64,000 nucleotides of DNA from an uncultured Bacilli bacterium (GCA_947631135.1 CANRKE010000001.1:8475-72474); one strand, 5' to 3'. Shown: positions 1 through 11,673, counted from the stretch's first letter. Numbers and translations: made by a program. Notes: a model not told the origin generated them from the letters alone.

Positions 1-65
1 TTTGTTGGCTCATATAAAGAAATGGATAACATTATATTATTATTTACAAATGATTTAATAACTTT

Positions 66-443
66 CTAATCTAGTTTATCTATCAATAAACCATTTGATA
101 CAACAACGATTTTTGTGTTTGGTAATATTTTTCTTGAAATGTTTAATAGTTCTGGAAAATTAGGATGCAACAATGGTTTACCGCCTAAAATTCTAAAATA
201 ATAAACATTAAATTTTTGTGATATTAACTTTATATCATGTTCGTAATCAGTTAAATTTACATAGTTATTATCATAAATATTTGAAAAATGTGCACATCCT
301 TTACAATTTAAATTACAATGGTCAACAACATTTGTTTCCAAATAATTTAAAAATGGTAATGATAAATTAATTGAATCTATATAGTTATTTAACTTTTTAA
401 TTTGTAATTTTATACATTTTATTTTACTATTTGTAATTATCAA
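66..443 (-). CDS. Radical SAM activating-enzyme-like protein (NrdG/PflA-type); short at 125 aa, possibly C-terminally truncated
   Basis: CxxxCxxC cluster (CNLNCKGC). 'FRILGGKPLLHPNFPELL...IVVVSNG' aligns with NrdG 'ISLSGGDPLHPQNVPDIL...IWVWTGY'. ORF ends after ~125 aa and the remaining 65 nt to the window edge show no obvious continuation. Confidence 0.45.
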   Translation of the reverse strand: MIITNSKIKCIKLQIKKLNNYIDSINLSLPFLNYLETNVVDHCNLNCKGCAHFSNIYDNNYVNLTDYEHDIKLISQKFNVYYFRILGGKPLLHPNFPELLNISRKILPNTKIVVVSNGLLIDKLD

Positions 444-511
444 ATCTGTGAATATTATATATTGTTATATTGGGAAAAATATGATAAAATTATGGTCGGA
501 GATGATATTAA

Positions 512-1567
512 ATGCACGAATGTTTATTATGTGAAAGAGATATGAAAAAATCAAAAAATGAATTTGGTAATGGGTGTATAAATAATATATATAAATTTTT
601 AGATATAGAAAAGCCTACAAGGGGAAAGGATAAAGAATTATTTTTATATAAAAACATTATGAAAAAAACAAACATTTATAAAATTAATAAGGAACAGAAA
701 ATATGGTTAGCTGATAGATATTTAACATATCAATATTTAGATAAATTAACATATGGAAACTTTGAAAAATTAAAAAAACAGATAAACGAAGATATTGAAA
801 ATGTTGATAAAACAGAAAAATTTGATGAAATGATTACATCTAAAAAGATCAAATTAAAAGAAGCATATGATATATACAAAAAAGAAACAAAATTTAAAAC
901 TAATCTTGCTAAGATAGAAAATAATGAATATAAAGAAGAGGAAAATATAAAATTATTAATAACTGGTTTTAGTTATATATTCAATATATATAAAAATCAA
1001 TATGAAAAGAATTCATTTAAGGCGATGCAATATGTGTTTTGGCAAACAGTAATTGAAGTTGGAAGAAGATATTTTAATTATAAATTGGCAGCAGAATTAT
1101 TACAACATTCTTTAAAGAAAGATCCAAAAGACTTTATTATAAAAGACAAAAAAATAATAAATATGATAATTAGTGATCAAAACTTTAAAAAAAAGATAAA
1201 AGAAATTTTAGATAAGTATAATAAAAAACAAAATTTTTATATATCACAAGGAAAAGAGTCTATGTCATTTAAAAATAACGATTTATATTTTGCAATTCAT
1301 AAGGCTAATATTGAAATGAGCGCAAAAAAAAATGAGGATTCAAGTTGGGAAGCAAATATTACTTTAAGTGATACTTTTGATTTTACTAAATTTAAATCAC
1401 CGTTTGATTATTACTTTGATGCAAATAATATTCCAAAAAGCATATTGTCTAGTACATTATATAATTTAGCATTTATTTCACAAAAATTAGGAGTAATTAA
1501 GGAATATAACGTTATTGTAAAACTTACAATAAAAATACAAAAAAATGGTGAAATTGAAATGTTTTAA
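512..1567 (+). CDS. Hypothetical lysine-rich protein
   Basis: Long intact ORF; no recognisable motifs. Confidence 0.45.
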   Translation: MHECLLCERDMKKSKNEFGNGCINNIYKFLDIEKPTRGKDKELFLYKNIMKKTNIYKINKEQKIWLADRYLTYQYLDKLTYGNFEKLKKQINEDIENVDKTEKFDEMITSKKIKLKEAYDIYKKETKFKTNLAKIENNEYKEEENIKLLITGFSYIFNIYKNQYEKNSFKAMQYVFWQTVIEVGRRYFNYKLAAELLQHSLKKDPKDFIIKDKKIINMIISDQNFKKKIKEILDKYNKKQNFYISQGKESMSFKNNDLYFAIHKANIEMSAKKNEDSSWEANITLSDTFDFTKFKSPFDYYFDANNIPKSILSSTLYNLAFISQKLGVIKEYNVIVKLTIKIQKNGEIEMF

Positions 1568-1570
1568 GAG

Positions 1571-2068
1571 GTGATGTTAGTAATGAAAAAAATATTAAAA
1601 AGAGCTTTTTTTATTATATTACTTTTGATAATAATATATATAGTATACTTACATACTCTTTATGATTATAATTTTTATTCATCACTAATTGAAATTCCTA
1701 TACCAATGTTTGCAAAGATGGAGGAAAAGGACACACATGGTGGATTTCATGGAGATGGGGAATCATTAGTAAAAATATATTTTTCGAACAAACAAGCAGA
1801 AAAATTTATAAAAAAAATTAAAAACAATACTCATTGGAGTACTTTACCAATTGATGAAATATTACAAAATTGTATAAACAATAATAGTATAGAAGGTATG
1901 TCTGTACCTCTTGTAGAAAATGGATATTGGTTCTTTTTAGATAGACATAGCAATGCAACAAATAAATATGATTATAATGATATGTTCAATAGAGCTTCTT
2001 CAAATTATTCTGTTGCTATATTTGATAAAGAATCTAATATACTCTATATTTATTCATTAGATACATAA
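1571..2068 (+). CDS. Hypothetical membrane-anchored protein with N-terminal TM helix
   Basis: Hydrophobic N-terminus (FFIILLLIIIYIVYL). Start 4 nt after the stop of the upstream ORF. Confidence 0.45.
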   Translation: MMLVMKKILKRAFFIILLLIIIYIVYLHTLYDYNFYSSLIEIPIPMFAKMEEKDTHGGFHGDGESLVKIYFSNKQAEKFIKKIKNNTHWSTLPIDEILQNCINNNSIEGMSVPLVENGYWFFLDRHSNATNKYDYNDMFNRASSNYSVAIFDKESNILYIYSLDT

Positions 2069-2110
2069 ATAAAAGGACAATATGTTAATTTTAAAATTTA
2101 TAATTACTAC

Positions 2111-2134
2111 AAAAAAAAGAACTCACGCGAGTTC
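2111..2134 (-). terminator. Intrinsic terminator downstream of rplQ (end of S10-spc-alpha cluster)
   Basis: Hairpin GAACUC-ACGC-GAGUUC, followed on the minus strand by a U8 run (plus-strand A8 at 2111-2118). Confidence 0.5.
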
Positions 2135-2144
2135 AATTTATATA

Positions 2145-2543
2145 TTATTCAGCTGTTTCAGTAGTTTCTTTCTTACTTTTTTTATCTTCTTTAGCGTCTT
2201 CTTCAACTAATTCTAAAATTACAACTAGAGCATCATCTCCACGTCTTTCAGATAATTTTAAAATTCTAGTATATCCACCATTTCTGTTTTTATATCTAAC
2301 AGCTAAATCATTGAATAATTTATTTACAACTTCTTTATCATTATGTAAAAATGCAAGTGCTTTACGACGAGCAACTAAGCTTCCATCTTTTGCATAACTA
2401 ATCATTTTATCAACAAATTTTCTTGTTTCTTTTGCTCTTGTTTCAGTAGTTTTTATTTTTTCAAGCATAATAACATCTTTTACTTGTGAAGCTAGCATAC
2501 TTCTTCTATGTTTGCAAGTTCTTCCTAATTTTCTATATGCCAT
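2145..2543 (-). CDS. rplQ: 50S ribosomal protein L17
   Basis: Typical L17 sequence and position after rpoA. Confidence 0.95.
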   Translation of the reverse strand: MAYRKLGRTCKHRRSMLASQVKDVIMLEKIKTTETRAKETRKFVDKMISYAKDGSLVARRKALAFLHNDKEVVNKLFNDLAVRYKNRNGGYTRILKLSERRGDDALVVILELVEEDAKEDKKSKKETTETAE

Positions 2544-2560
2544 TTAAAATACCTCCTTTA

Positions 2561-3526
2561 TTAATCTTCGTCTTTAAATTTAAGACCCATACCTTTAATT
2601 TTATCAATAACTTCTTTTAATGATTTTTTACCTAAATTACGTATTTTAACCATTTCAGATTCTTTCTTAGCAATAATATCTTGAACAGTAAGTAGTGATG
2701 CACGTTTTAAACAGTTATAAGCACGAACAGAGAAATCTAAATCTTCAATTGGTGTTTGTAATGTTTTTAATCTTGGATCTTCTACTTTTTCGTTCATTAA
2801 TCCTCTTTCATCACCAATATTGTCTATTGATGCAGTGATTTCAAAATGTTCACATAATATTCTTGATGCAAGAGAAATTGCTTCTTCTGGTTTAATTGAA
2901 CCATTTGTCCATACATTTAATATTAATTTATCAAAATTTTCATTTTGACCAACACGAGCTGGTTCAACATCATAACTTATTCTTTCTATTGGTGAATAAA
3001 GAGAATCTATTGCAATTACTCCAGCTTTAACATTTCCAAGTAATTTCTTTTGTTCATCACATTTTACATATCCACGTCCATTACCGATAGTACATTCCAT
3101 AACAAGACTACCACCATCACATACGTGAGCAATTACTTTATCCTTATTAATTATTTCAATATCAGGATCACATTCAAAATCAGATGCTAATACTTCTTTT
3201 TCAGAAGAAATATTTAATTTAATAACATGTTCTTCTGAATCATTTTCTGAATGATTTTTAATTACAACATCTTTAAGATTTAAGATGATTGTAGTTACAT
3301 CTTCATAAACTCCTTCAATTGTTTGGAATTCATGTTGAACTCCTTCAATTTTTACACTAGTTATCGCACTACCTGGTAATGATGATAACATAACTCTTCT
3401 TAGTGCATTTCCTAATGTATTACCGAATCCTCTTTCAAGAGGTTCCATTTCAAATTTTCCATAAAAATTATTTTCTACGTATTCACTTACTTTGTAATCA
3501 GGTTTTTCAAATCTAACTTTCAACAC
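2561..3526 (-). CDS. rpoA: DNA-directed RNA polymerase alpha subunit
   Basis: Typical RpoA N-terminus (MLKVRFEKP...) and C-terminal domain; position in the alpha operon. Confidence 0.95.
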   Translation of the reverse strand: MLKVRFEKPDYKVSEYVENNFYGKFEMEPLERGFGNTLGNALRRVMLSSLPGSAITSVKIEGVQHEFQTIEGVYEDVTTIILNLKDVVIKNHSENDSEEHVIKLNISSEKEVLASDFECDPDIEIINKDKVIAHVCDGGSLVMECTIGNGRGYVKCDEQKKLLGNVKAGVIAIDSLYSPIERISYDVEPARVGQNENFDKLILNVWTNGSIKPEEAISLASRILCEHFEITASIDNIGDERGLMNEKVEDPRLKTLQTPIEDLDFSVRAYNCLKRASLLTVQDIIAKKESEMVKIRNLGKKSLKEVIDKIKGMGLKFKDED

Positions 3527-3543
3527 CTAACACACTCCCTTTC

Positions 3544-3930
3544 TTAGTTACGAGGACGTTTTGGTGGACGGCAACCATTGTGTGGTACTGGTGTTACATC
3601 TGTTATAGAAATTATTTCTAAACCAGCTGCTTGTAATGATCTTATTGCATATTCACGTCCAGGTCCTAATCCTTTAACTTCAACTGAAACTTTTTTCATT
3701 CCATTATCAACAGCAGTTTTTCCTGCAGCTTCTGCTGCTTGTCCTGCTGCATATGGAGTACTTTTTTTACTTCCTTTAAATCCTAAAGTACCAGCAGATG
3801 CCCAACATATTGCGTTTCCTTCCATATCAGTAATAGTTACTATGGAATTATTATATGTTGAATAAATATGTGCCATACCTTCAGGTATATTTTTCTTAAC
3901 TTTACGTTTTCTCAACTTAACTTTAGCCAT
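3544..3930 (-). CDS. rpsK: 30S ribosomal protein S11
   Basis: Sequence homology and synteny. Confidence 0.95.
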   Translation of the reverse strand: MAKVKLRKRKVKKNIPEGMAHIYSTYNNSIVTITDMEGNAICWASAGTLGFKGSKKSTPYAAGQAAEAAGKTAVDNGMKKVSVEVKGLGPGREYAIRSLQAAGLEIISITDVTPVPHNGCRPPKRPRN

Positions 3931-3945
3931 AATATAACCTCCTTA

Positions 3946-4320
3946 TTATTTTTTCTTATTAGCTACAATTTTCTTAGAACCACGTCTATTTTTCCAACTT
4001 CTACAATTACGTCCTGTTCTTTGACCTCTACAAGGTAATCCTTTAATATGACGAGTACCTCTATAAGATTTTATTTCCATTTGAGTCTTAATATCCGTAC
4101 TTACTTGTCTTCTTAAATCACCTTCAATTGTATAATTGGATACTTCATTACGAATTTTATTTAATTCGTCTTCACTTAAATCTTTTACTCTTCTTTGTCC
4201 TTCTATTCCAGCTTGTTCACATATTTTCTTTGCAGTACTTCTACCTATACCAAATATATAAGTTAATGATATACAAACTGCTTTATTATCTGGAATATCT
4301 ACACCTTTTATACGTGCCAT
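3946..4320 (-). CDS. rpsM: 30S ribosomal protein S13
   Basis: [10 protein letters not shown]... N-terminus; synteny. Confidence 0.95.
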   Translation of the reverse strand: MARIKGVDIPDNKAVCISLTYIFGIGRSTAKKICEQAGIEGQRRVKDLSEDELNKIRNEVSNYTIEGDLRRQVSTDIKTQMEIKSYRGTRHIKGLPCRGQRTGRNCRSWKNRRGSKKIVANKKK

Positions 4321-4338
4321 AATCTTTCCTTACCTCCA

Positions 4339-4467
<129 letters not shown>

Positions 4468-4683
4468 TTACTTTCTATAGGTTATACGCCCACGTGTTAA
4501 ATCATATATTGATAATTCTACAAGCACTGTATCGCCTGGTAAAATACGAATGTAATTCATTCTTATTTTACCAGAAACGTGAGCTTCTATTATGTGCTTG
4601 TTTTCAAGTTCAACTTTAAATTTTCCTCCTGGTAATACTTCAATTACTTTACCTTCCATTTCAATTACATCATTTTTAGCCAT
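4468..4683 (-). CDS. infA: Translation initiation factor IF-1
   Basis: [15 protein letters not shown]... ATG at 4683 with an AGGAGA RBS 10 nt upstream. The track's upstream GTG start would overlap that RBS. Confidence 0.9.
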   Translation of the reverse strand: MAKNDVIEMEGKVIEVLPGGKFKVELENKHIIEAHVSGKIRMNYIRILPGDTVLVELSIYDLTRGRITYRK

Positions 4684-4688
4684 TAAAC

Positions 4689-5438
4689 TCACTCTCCTGT
4701 TAAAATTTCATATCCATCTTTAGTAACAACAACTGTATGTTCATAATGAGCAGATGGTTTATGATCCATCGTTATTACTGTCCAATCATTATCACTAACA
4801 TAGACATTTCTTCTTCCTAAATTAAGCATAGGTTCAACTGCAATTACCATTCCTTCCTTTAGAACTGGTCCTTTATAGTTTGAAACAAAGTTAGGAACTT
4901 CAGGATCTTCATGTACATCAGTACCAACACCATGTCCTACTAATTCTCTTACTATACTTAAATTATATGAATTTGCACAATCTTCTATTGCTTTTGAAAT
5001 ATCACAAATTCTATTACCTGGTTTTATAGCTGATAATCCTTTATATAATGATTCTTCTGTACCTTTCATAAGTCTTTTAATATCATCACTTGGATTATCT
5101 CCAATATAATATGTCCAGGCAGAATCTCCATGATATCCCTTATAACATGCACCAATATCAATCGATACAATATCACCATCTTTTAACTTTCGATTATCTG
5201 GTATTCCATGAACTACTTCATCATTGATAGATATACATAAAGTATTTGGAAATCCATCATAATTAAGAAACGATGGAGTAGCTCCTCTTTTTATTATGTA
5301 ATCATAAGCGAGTTTATCAAGCTCTAATGAGGAAATACCTGGTTTTAAATATTGTTGTAAGTATTTGTGAGTATCGTAAACTATTCTACCAGCAATTTTT
5401 AAAAGTTTTATTTCATCTGGTGATTTAATAGTAATCAT
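4689..5438 (-). CDS. map: Methionine aminopeptidase type I
   Basis: MetAP motifs. Start placed at [10 protein letters not shown] so that it no longer overlaps the adk stop at 5443. Confidence 0.9.
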   Translation of the reverse strand: MITIKSPDEIKLLKIAGRIVYDTHKYLQQYLKPGISSLELDKLAYDYIIKRGATPSFLNYDGFPNTLCISINDEVVHGIPDNRKLKDGDIVSIDIGACYKGYHGDSAWTYYIGDNPSDDIKRLMKGTEESLYKGLSAIKPGNRICDISKAIEDCANSYNLSIVRELVGHGVGTDVHEDPEVPNFVSNYKGPVLKEGMVIAVEPMLNLGRRNVYVSDNDWTVITMDHKPSAHYEHTVVVTKDGYEILTGE

Positions 5439-5442
5439 TATA

Positions 5443-6096
5443 TCACTTCCCAATAATATTTTCAATTGATGAAAATACTTCTTTGATAGATTTTCCACTA
5501 TCTATTTTATATAATAAATTTTTATCTTTATAATATTTTATTAATGGTTCAGTAGTAGCAACGTAAGTATTATATCTTTCTTTGAAAGTTTCTTCATTAT
5601 CGTCGCTTCTTTGATATATTTCATTACCACAATCATCACAAATACCATCTGTTTTTGGTTTTAATGCATCTAAATATTTACTATATATTTTTCCACATTT
5701 TTTACATTGTAATCTACCACAAGATCTCTTCATTGCAGTATCATAATCAACATCTAGATGAAATACATAATTAATTTTGTTATTTAATTTTTCCAATATA
5801 TCATCTAATTTTTCTGCTTGATTTATATTTCTTGGAAATCCATCAAATATAAATCCTTCACCCTTATTATCCTTTTCTATTCTTTTTTCTAGTACAGGTA
5901 TTACTATTGAATCATCAACTAAAACACCTTTAACTTGCATATCATGAATTTTTTTACCTAACTCACTACCTGTTTTAACTTCTTCTCTAAGTAAATCACC
6001 TGTAGATATTTTATTCAAATGATATTTTTTTTCTAATAATTCTGCTTGGGTTCCTTTACCAGCAGCAGGAGCTGCAATAAAAATTATATTTTTCAT
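5443..6096 (-). CDS. adk: Adenylate kinase
   Basis: P-loop GKGTQ; zinc-finger-type LID (CKKCG...CDDCG). Confidence 0.95.
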   Translation of the reverse strand: MKNIIFIAAPAAGKGTQAELLEKKYHLNKISTGDLLREEVKTGSELGKKIHDMQVKGVLVDDSIVIPVLEKRIEKDNKGEGFIFDGFPRNINQAEKLDDILEKLNNKINYVFHLDVDYDTAMKRSCGRLQCKKCGKIYSKYLDALKPKTDGICDDCGNEIYQRSDDNEETFKERYNTYVATTEPLIKYYKDKNLLYKIDSGKSIKEVFSSIENIIGK

Positions 6097-7373
6097 TACG
6101 CTTTATGTCTCCTTACATATTTACTTTTTTTATAACTTCTACTTATTAGCGAACTTTCTAATTGCTTATATGTTTCAAGTGCAACACCAACTACGATTAA
6201 TAATCCTGTACCACCTATAGTAACACTTGATGGTAAACTAGATAAATTTGTAAATATTATTGGTAATCCAGCAATAATTGCTAGGAAAATTGCACCTGTA
6301 ACAGTTAATCTTGACAATACTTGTTTTATATACTTACATGTATCTTTTCCTGGTTTAATTCCTGGTATGTATCCACCATTTTTTTGTAAATCTTCTGATA
6401 ATTGTTCAGGGTTAATTTGTAAAAATACATAGAAATAAGCAAAGAACAATATCAAAAATATATATATTACAAAACCAACTGGTGTATTATAATTCAAATA
6501 TTTACTAACTATCAATGTAAATGTATCATTTTTAACAAATTGAGCTATTGTTGCAGGTATTGCTAATAAACTTGATGCAAATATTACTGGTATAACTCCA
6601 GCAGAGTTAAGTCTTAATGGCATATATGATCTTGCTGCACCCATTGCATTAGTTGATTTATTAGCATATTGAATAGGTAATCTTCTTTCAGCTTCTTGAA
6701 CGAATATTATACCAACAACAACTAGTAAATATATTGCAATGAATATTAAGTAAGATACACCACCTAAGAATATTTTTTGAACTGTATCAAATTTTACTAA
6801 TTCATTAAATGCTTCAATGAACATTGATGGAATACTTGCAAGAATACCAGCCATAATGATTAGTGATATACCATTACCAACTCCTTTTTGAGTTATTTGA
6901 TCACCTAACCATAATAGGAAAGCTGTTCCTGCTGTCATTATAGTTGCAACACGTAAATATTCTAGTGCACTTGCATTTTTTAAAAACGCAAACGAATATG
7001 CAATTCCTTGAATAAATGCCATTGCAATACCAACATATCTTGTAATTTGATTTAGTTTTTGTCTACCAGTATAACCTTGTTTTTTTAATTCCGTAAAATA
7101 TGGAATTATATCCATTGTTAATAACTCAATAATAATTGATGCAGTAATATATGGCATAACACCTAATGCAAATACTGAAAATTGTTTAAGTGCTCCACCA
7201 CCCATTGCATTGATAAGTTCTAGAAATCCTAAATTATCAGTTAAATTTTCTGTACCAGGTATACGTATTGTTGTACCAACTTTAAATACAAACAATATCG
7301 CTAATGTGAAAAGTAATCTTTTTCTTAAATCCTTATTAGAAGGTTTAAATATTTGCTTGATTTCAGCAAACAT
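6096..7373 (-). CDS. secY: Preprotein translocase subunit SecY
   Basis: 10-TM protein with SecY signature; synteny. Confidence 0.95.
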   Translation of the reverse strand: MFAEIKQIFKPSNKDLRKRLLFTLAILFVFKVGTTIRIPGTENLTDNLGFLELINAMGGGALKQFSVFALGVMPYITASIIIELLTMDIIPYFTELKKQGYTGRQKLNQITRYVGIAMAFIQGIAYSFAFLKNASALEYLRVATIMTAGTAFLLWLGDQITQKGVGNGISLIIMAGILASIPSMFIEAFNELVKFDTVQKIFLGGVSYLIFIAIYLLVVVGIIFVQEAERRLPIQYANKSTNAMGAARSYMPLRLNSAGVIPVIFASSLLAIPATIAQFVKNDTFTLIVSKYLNYNTPVGFVIYIFLILFFAYFYVFLQINPEQLSEDLQKNGGYIPGIKPGKDTCKYIKQVLSRLTVTGAIFLAIIAGLPIIFTNLSSLPSSVTIGGTGLLIVVGVALETYKQLESSLISRSYKKSKYVRRHKA

Positions 7374-7374
7374 A

Positions 7375-7818
7375 TTAAATCACCTCGATTTTTCCACCTG
7401 AATTTTCAACTTTTTCTAAAGCTTTTTTGCTATATTTATGTGCTTTGATAGTCAATTTTTTTTCTAATTCTCCAGTTGCTAATACTTTAATACCACTTAA
7501 TTCTTTTTTAACAATTCCTTTTTCAATTAACATTTCTGGAGTAACTACATCTCCATCGTTAAATACATTTAAATCACTTAAATTAACAGTTGCATATACT
7601 TTTTTAAATCTTGCATTGCTAAATCCTCTTTTTGGTAAACGTCTGAATAATGGTAATTGTCCACCTTCAAATCCTGGACGAACTCCACCACCACTACGTG
7701 CGTTTTGTCCTTTATGTCCTTTACCACTAGTTTTTCCTAATCCACTACCTGGACCACGTCCAACTATTTTTCTTCTATGTGTAGATCCTTCCATAGGATG
7801 CATTTCATGTAATTTCAT
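7375..7818 (-). CDS. rplO: 50S ribosomal protein L15
   Basis: Homology and synteny; directly abuts rpsE, with no intervening L30 gene. Confidence 0.95.
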   Translation of the reverse strand: MKLHEMHPMEGSTHRRKIVGRGPGSGLGKTSGKGHKGQNARSGGGVRPGFEGGQLPLFRRLPKRGFSNARFKKVYATVNLSDLNVFNDGDVVTPEMLIEKGIVKKELSGIKVLATGELEKKLTIKAHKYSKKALEKVENSGGKIEVI

Positions 7819-7819
7819 A

Positions 7820-8332
7820 TTATCCTAATATCTCCTCTACTGTTTTACCTCTTAATTTAGCAATATGTTCAGCACTTCTTTGAGAAGCTAATGCATTTAT
7901 TGTTGATTGTGCCATATTTATTTTTGTATTTGAACCAAGTGATTTAGAAACAACATCTTTAACACCAGCAAGATCTAATACTGAACGAACTGGTCCACCA
8001 GCTATAACTCCAGTACCTTCTTTAGCAGGTTTAATTAATACTCTTGATGCTCCACTTCTACCAATTGCTTCGTGTGAAATTGTTCTGTTATCTACAAGTG
8101 ATATTTGAATTATATTTTTTGTTGCATTTTGACTAGCTTTCTTTATTGCATCAGGAACTTCATTTGCTTTACCAGTACCTAATCCAACTTTCCCTTTTCT
8201 ATCTCCAACAGCAACAACTGCACTAAATCTAAAATTACGTCCACCTTTAGTAACTTTAGTTATACGTCTAACAGCTATTACTTCTTCGTCATATATCTTC
8301 TTTGGTGGGTTATATTTTTTTCTTTCCATCAT
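7820..8332 (-). CDS. rpsE: 30S ribosomal protein S5
   Basis: Homology and synteny. Confidence 0.95.
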   Translation of the reverse strand: MMERKKYNPPKKIYDEEVIAVRRITKVTKGGRNFRFSAVVAVGDRKGKVGLGTGKANEVPDAIKKASQNATKNIIQISLVDNRTISHEAIGRSGASRVLIKPAKEGTGVIAGGPVRSVLDLAGVKDVVSKSLGSNTKINMAQSTINALASQRSAEHIAKLRGKTVEEILG

Positions 8333-8342
8333 TACCCTCCTT

Positions 8343-8705
8343 CTAAAATTCTAATCCATTTTCACGTGCAGCATCAGCAAGTGCTTTTACACGTCCATGA
8401 TATAGGTATCCACCTCTATCAAATACTACTTTTTTAATTTTTAATTTTTTAGCTTTTTCAGCTATATCTTTTCCAACAACTTTAGCTGCTTCAATATTTG
8501 AACCTTTAGCAATTTTTAATGATTTATCCAATGATGAAGCACTAGCTAATGTAATACCTTTTACATCATCTATAATTTGTACTGAGATATTAGTGTTTGA
8601 ACGGAATACATTTAGTCTAGGTATTTCACTAGTACCAGATAAATTCTTTCTAACTCTTCTATGTCTCATTTTACGTGCTTCATTACGAGATACCTTATTT
8701 ATCAT
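8343..8705 (-). CDS. rplR: 50S ribosomal protein L18
   Basis: Homology and synteny. Confidence 0.95.
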   Translation of the reverse strand: MINKVSRNEARKMRHRRVRKNLSGTSEIPRLNVFRSNTNISVQIIDDVKGITLASASSLDKSLKIAKGSNIEAAKVVGKDIAEKAKKLKIKKVVFDRGGYLYHGRVKALADAARENGLEF

Positions 8706-8725
8706 AACTCTATCTCTCCTTTACC

Positions 8726-9265
8726 CTATTTTGAAGCTTTCTTTCCTTCTTTACGACGGATTATTTCATTTTTGTATTTTATTCCTTTTCCTTTATAAGG
8801 TTCAGGTGGTCTTATTCCACGAATCTTAGCTGCATATTCACCAACTTCTTGTTTGTCAATACCACTAATTTTAATTTCAGTATTACTAATACCTTCAACT
8901 TTTAAACTGCTTGGTATTTCTATTTCAACAGGATGTGAGAAACCAGCTTTGATTGCTAATTTATTTCCTTTTAATTGGAAATTATAACCAACACCTACTA
9001 TTTCTAAAGATTTATCGAAACCTTTACTAACACCGTCTATCATATTTTTAATATTTGCATTAGTTGTACCATGCATTTGTTTAGAAGTTTTAATGTCATT
9101 TTTACGTGTTGTATAAACTTTTCCTTCTTCAACTTTAACATCTATACAATTTGCAATATTTAAACTAAGTTCACCTTTTGGACCTTTAACTGTTAATGTA
9201 TTATTTTCTATATTAACACTTACACCTTCAGGTATACTCAACACTCTATTTCCTATACGACTCAT
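8726..9265 (-). CDS. rplF: 50S ribosomal protein L6
   Basis: Homology and synteny. Confidence 0.95.
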   Translation of the reverse strand: MSRIGNRVLSIPEGVSVNIENNTLTVKGPKGELSLNIANCIDVKVEEGKVYTTRKNDIKTSKQMHGTTNANIKNMIDGVSKGFDKSLEIVGVGYNFQLKGNKLAIKAGFSHPVEIEIPSSLKVEGISNTEIKISGIDKQEVGEYAAKIRGIRPPEPYKGKGIKYKNEIIRRKEGKKASK

Positions 9266-9286
9266 CAGGACACCTCCTCTTATCGT

Positions 9287-9688
9287 CTACCATACGTAAG
9301 CCAGTACTTCTCCACCAATATTTTCTAAACGTGCTTGTTTATCAGTCATTATTCCTTTTGATGTAGATATTATAGCAATACCTAAACCATTTAAAACTCT
9401 TGGAATTTCATCTGATTTAACATATACACGTAGTCCTGGTTTAGAAATACGCTTAAGTCCAGTAATTACTCTTTCTTTATTTTGTCCATATTTAAGTGAT
9501 AATACTATCATGTCATCTTGATTATCGTGTTTTTCTATTTTGTAATCTATTATATATCCTTCTTCTTTAAGAATATTTGCAATTTGAATTTTTATTTTAG
9601 AAGCTGGAACTTCTACTTTTTTATATCGCATAATGTTTGCATTACGTATTCTTGTAAGCATATCTGCGATTGGATCAGTTAATACCAT
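9287..9688 (-). CDS. rpsH: 30S ribosomal protein S8
   Basis: Homology and synteny. Confidence 0.95.
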   Translation of the reverse strand: MVLTDPIADMLTRIRNANIMRYKKVEVPASKIKIQIANILKEEGYIIDYKIEKHDNQDDMIVLSLKYGQNKERVITGLKRISKPGLRVYVKSDEIPRVLNGLGIAIISTSKGIMTDKQARLENIGGEVLAYVW

Positions 9689-9708
9689 AATAATCCTCCC
9701 TTCACTTA

Positions 9709-9894
9709 TTACCAGCTAGACTTTTTAACACCAGGAATTTGTCCCTTAGATGCTAATTCTCTAAAGCAAATACGACATAATTTAAATTTGCTCATAACAG
9801 CATGTGGTCTTCCACATCTTTCACATCTTGTGTATTCACGAACTTTATATTTTGGCTTTCTTTGAGCTTTTATAATCATACTTTTTTTTGCCAT
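9709..9894 (-). CDS. rpsN: 30S ribosomal protein S14, type Z (zinc-binding, 61 aa)
   Basis: CxxC...CxxC motif; 61 aa; synteny. Confidence 0.9.
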   Translation of the reverse strand: MAKKSMIIKAQRKPKYKVREYTRCERCGRPHAVMSKFKLCRICFRELASKGQIPGVKKSSW

Positions 9895-9916
9895 CTATTT
9901 TTCCTCCTTAATAAGA

Positions 9917-10456
9917 CTACTTCTTAAAAGGAATTCCAATTCCATTTAATAAGTCAAATGCTTCTTCATCAGTCTTAGCTGTTGTAACGATTACTATATC
10001 CATACCACGTACTTTAACAACATCGTCAAATACAATTTCAGAAAATATTAATTGTTCTTTAATTCCTAATGTATAATTACCACGTCCATCAAAACTTTTT
10101 CTAGATACTCCTCTAAAATCCTTAACACGAGGAAGAGAAATACTAATTAGTTTTTCAAGGAAATTATACATATTATCTCCACGTAAAGTTACTTTGCATC
10201 CGATTGCTTGACCTTCTCTTACTTTAAATCCAGCTATTGATTTTTTAGCTCTAGTTATAATTGGTTTTTGACCTGTAATCAATGCTAGATCATGCACTGC
10301 TGCATCAATTAATTTTGAATTTGTTGTAGCGTCACCTACACCCATATTAACGACAATTTTTTCTATTTTAGGAACTTCCATAACTGATGAATAGTTATGT
10401 TTTTCTTTTAAACTAGGAACAATCTCATTTAAATATTTTTCTTTTAGGCGGTTCAT
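9917..10456 (-). CDS. rplE: 50S ribosomal protein L5
   Basis: Homology and synteny. Confidence 0.95.
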   Translation of the reverse strand: MNRLKEKYLNEIVPSLKEKHNYSSVMEVPKIEKIVVNMGVGDATTNSKLIDAAVHDLALITGQKPIITRAKKSIAGFKVREGQAIGCKVTLRGDNMYNFLEKLISISLPRVKDFRGVSRKSFDGRGNYTLGIKEQLIFSEIVFDDVVKVRGMDIVIVTTAKTDEEAFDLLNGIGIPFKK

Positions 10457-10475
10457 AAATTACCCTCCTTCTTTC

Positions 10476-10784
10476 CTATGCTAATTTTGAATTAGATTTT
10501 TTTGTTACTCTTACTTTTTTACCATCTTTATCTAATTCTTTTCCAATTCTTGTTCTTTTATTTTCTTTTGGATCATAGATCATTACATTAGATGCATGTA
10601 TAGGTGCTTCTACTTCTACTTTTCCACCTTCTACACCAGCTCTAGGTTTAATATGTTTTGTAACCATATTAATTCCTTCGACAACTACTTTGTTGTTGCG
10701 TCTATCTGTAGCGATTATTTTTCCAACTTTATTTTTATCTTTACCAGCAATAACAATAACTTTGTCATCTTTTTTTAAGTACAT
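10476..10784 (-). CDS. rplX: 50S ribosomal protein L24
   Basis: Homology and synteny. Confidence 0.95.
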   Translation of the reverse strand: MYLKKDDKVIVIAGKDKNKVGKIIATDRRNNKVVVEGINMVTKHIKPRAGVEGGKVEVEAPIHASNVMIYDPKENKRTRIGKELDKDGKKVRVTKKSNSKLA

Positions 10785-10805
10785 ATTTTTTTCCTCCTTT
10801 TAAGG

Positions 10806-11174
10806 CTAAATTACTTCTTTTGCAAGAGATACAATTCTCATGAAGTCTTTATCCCTAAGTTCACGAGCTACTGGACCTAAAACACGTGTTCCTACTGGAG
10901 ATTTATCATCTTTAATAATAACGCATGCATTATCATCAAATTTGATATAACTTCCATCTTTACGTCTTGCTCCAGCTTTGCTTCTTACAACTACTGCTTT
11001 AACAACTTTTCCTTTTCCAATTGTTCCACCTGGGATAGCTTTTTTTACAGTTCCTACAACTATATCACCAATACCTCCAGTTTTAACTTTACTTCCTCCT
11101 AATACACGGATAACCATAAGTTCTTTTGCACCAGAGTTATCAGCAACTTTTAATATACTTTGTTGTTGAATCAT
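10806..11174 (-). CDS. rplN: 50S ribosomal protein L14
   Basis: [18 protein letters not shown]...; synteny. Confidence 0.95.
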   Translation of the reverse strand: MIQQQSILKVADNSGAKELMVIRVLGGSKVKTGGIGDIVVGTVKKAIPGGTIGKGKVVKAVVVRSKAGARRKDGSYIKFDDNACVIIKDDKSPVGTRVLGPVARELRDKDFMRIVSLAKEVI

Positions 11175-11204
11175 TCCTGTAATCCTCCTTCCAGCTAATA
11201 CCTA

Positions 11205-11462
11205 TTATAATATTACTGCTTTTTCAATTACTTCTACTAATTCATATCTTTTAGTTTTAGATAATGGTCTTGTAAAAGCAATTCTTACTCTGTCACCAAT
11301 GTTTGCTTCATTGTTTTCGTCATGTGCAGCATACTTTTTAGAATATTTTACTCTTTTTCCATATTTTGGATCTTTTTTATATGTTTCAACTAATACTGAT
11401 ATTGTTTTATCACTTTTGTTGCTTACGACAGTTCCAATTAATTCACGTCTTTTTCTTTCCAT
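11205..11462 (-). CDS. rpsQ: 30S ribosomal protein S17
   Basis: Homology and synteny. Confidence 0.95.
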   Translation of the reverse strand: MERKRRELIGTVVSNKSDKTISVLVETYKKDPKYGKRVKYSKKYAAHDENNEANIGDRVRIAFTRPLSKTKRYELVEVIEKAVIL

Positions 11463-11468
11463 AAACGC

Positions 11469-11672
11469 CTAGTCCTCCCTTTCTTCAAGTTCACGTTCTC
11501 TTAATATAGTTTTTAAACGTGCAACTGTTTTTCTTAATTCTTTAATTCTTGAAGGTTTTTCTAATGTACCGTTCGCTTTTTGGAAACGTAAATTAAACAA
11601 TTCTTCTGTGCATTCTGAAATTTTCTTATTTATTTCTTCAGTGGTTAAATTTCTAATTTCATTAACCTTCAT
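11469..11672 (-). CDS. rpmC: 50S ribosomal protein L29
   Basis: Start trimmed to [14 protein letters not shown], matching the L29 N-terminus; the longer track ORF overlaps rplP. Confidence 0.9.
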   Translation of the reverse strand: MKVNEIRNLTTEEINKKISECTEELFNLRFQKANGTLEKPSRIKELRKTVARLKTILRERELEERED

Positions 11673-11673
11673 A

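Noticed and set aside
3578-3865. 95-aa plus-strand ORF antisense to rpsK
   Set aside because: Completely embedded antisense in a highly conserved ribosomal protein gene; low-complexity translation; typical shadow ORF.
7210-7828. 63-aa and 133-aa plus-strand ORFs overlapping secY and rplO
   Set aside because: Antisense to conserved genes; no start context.
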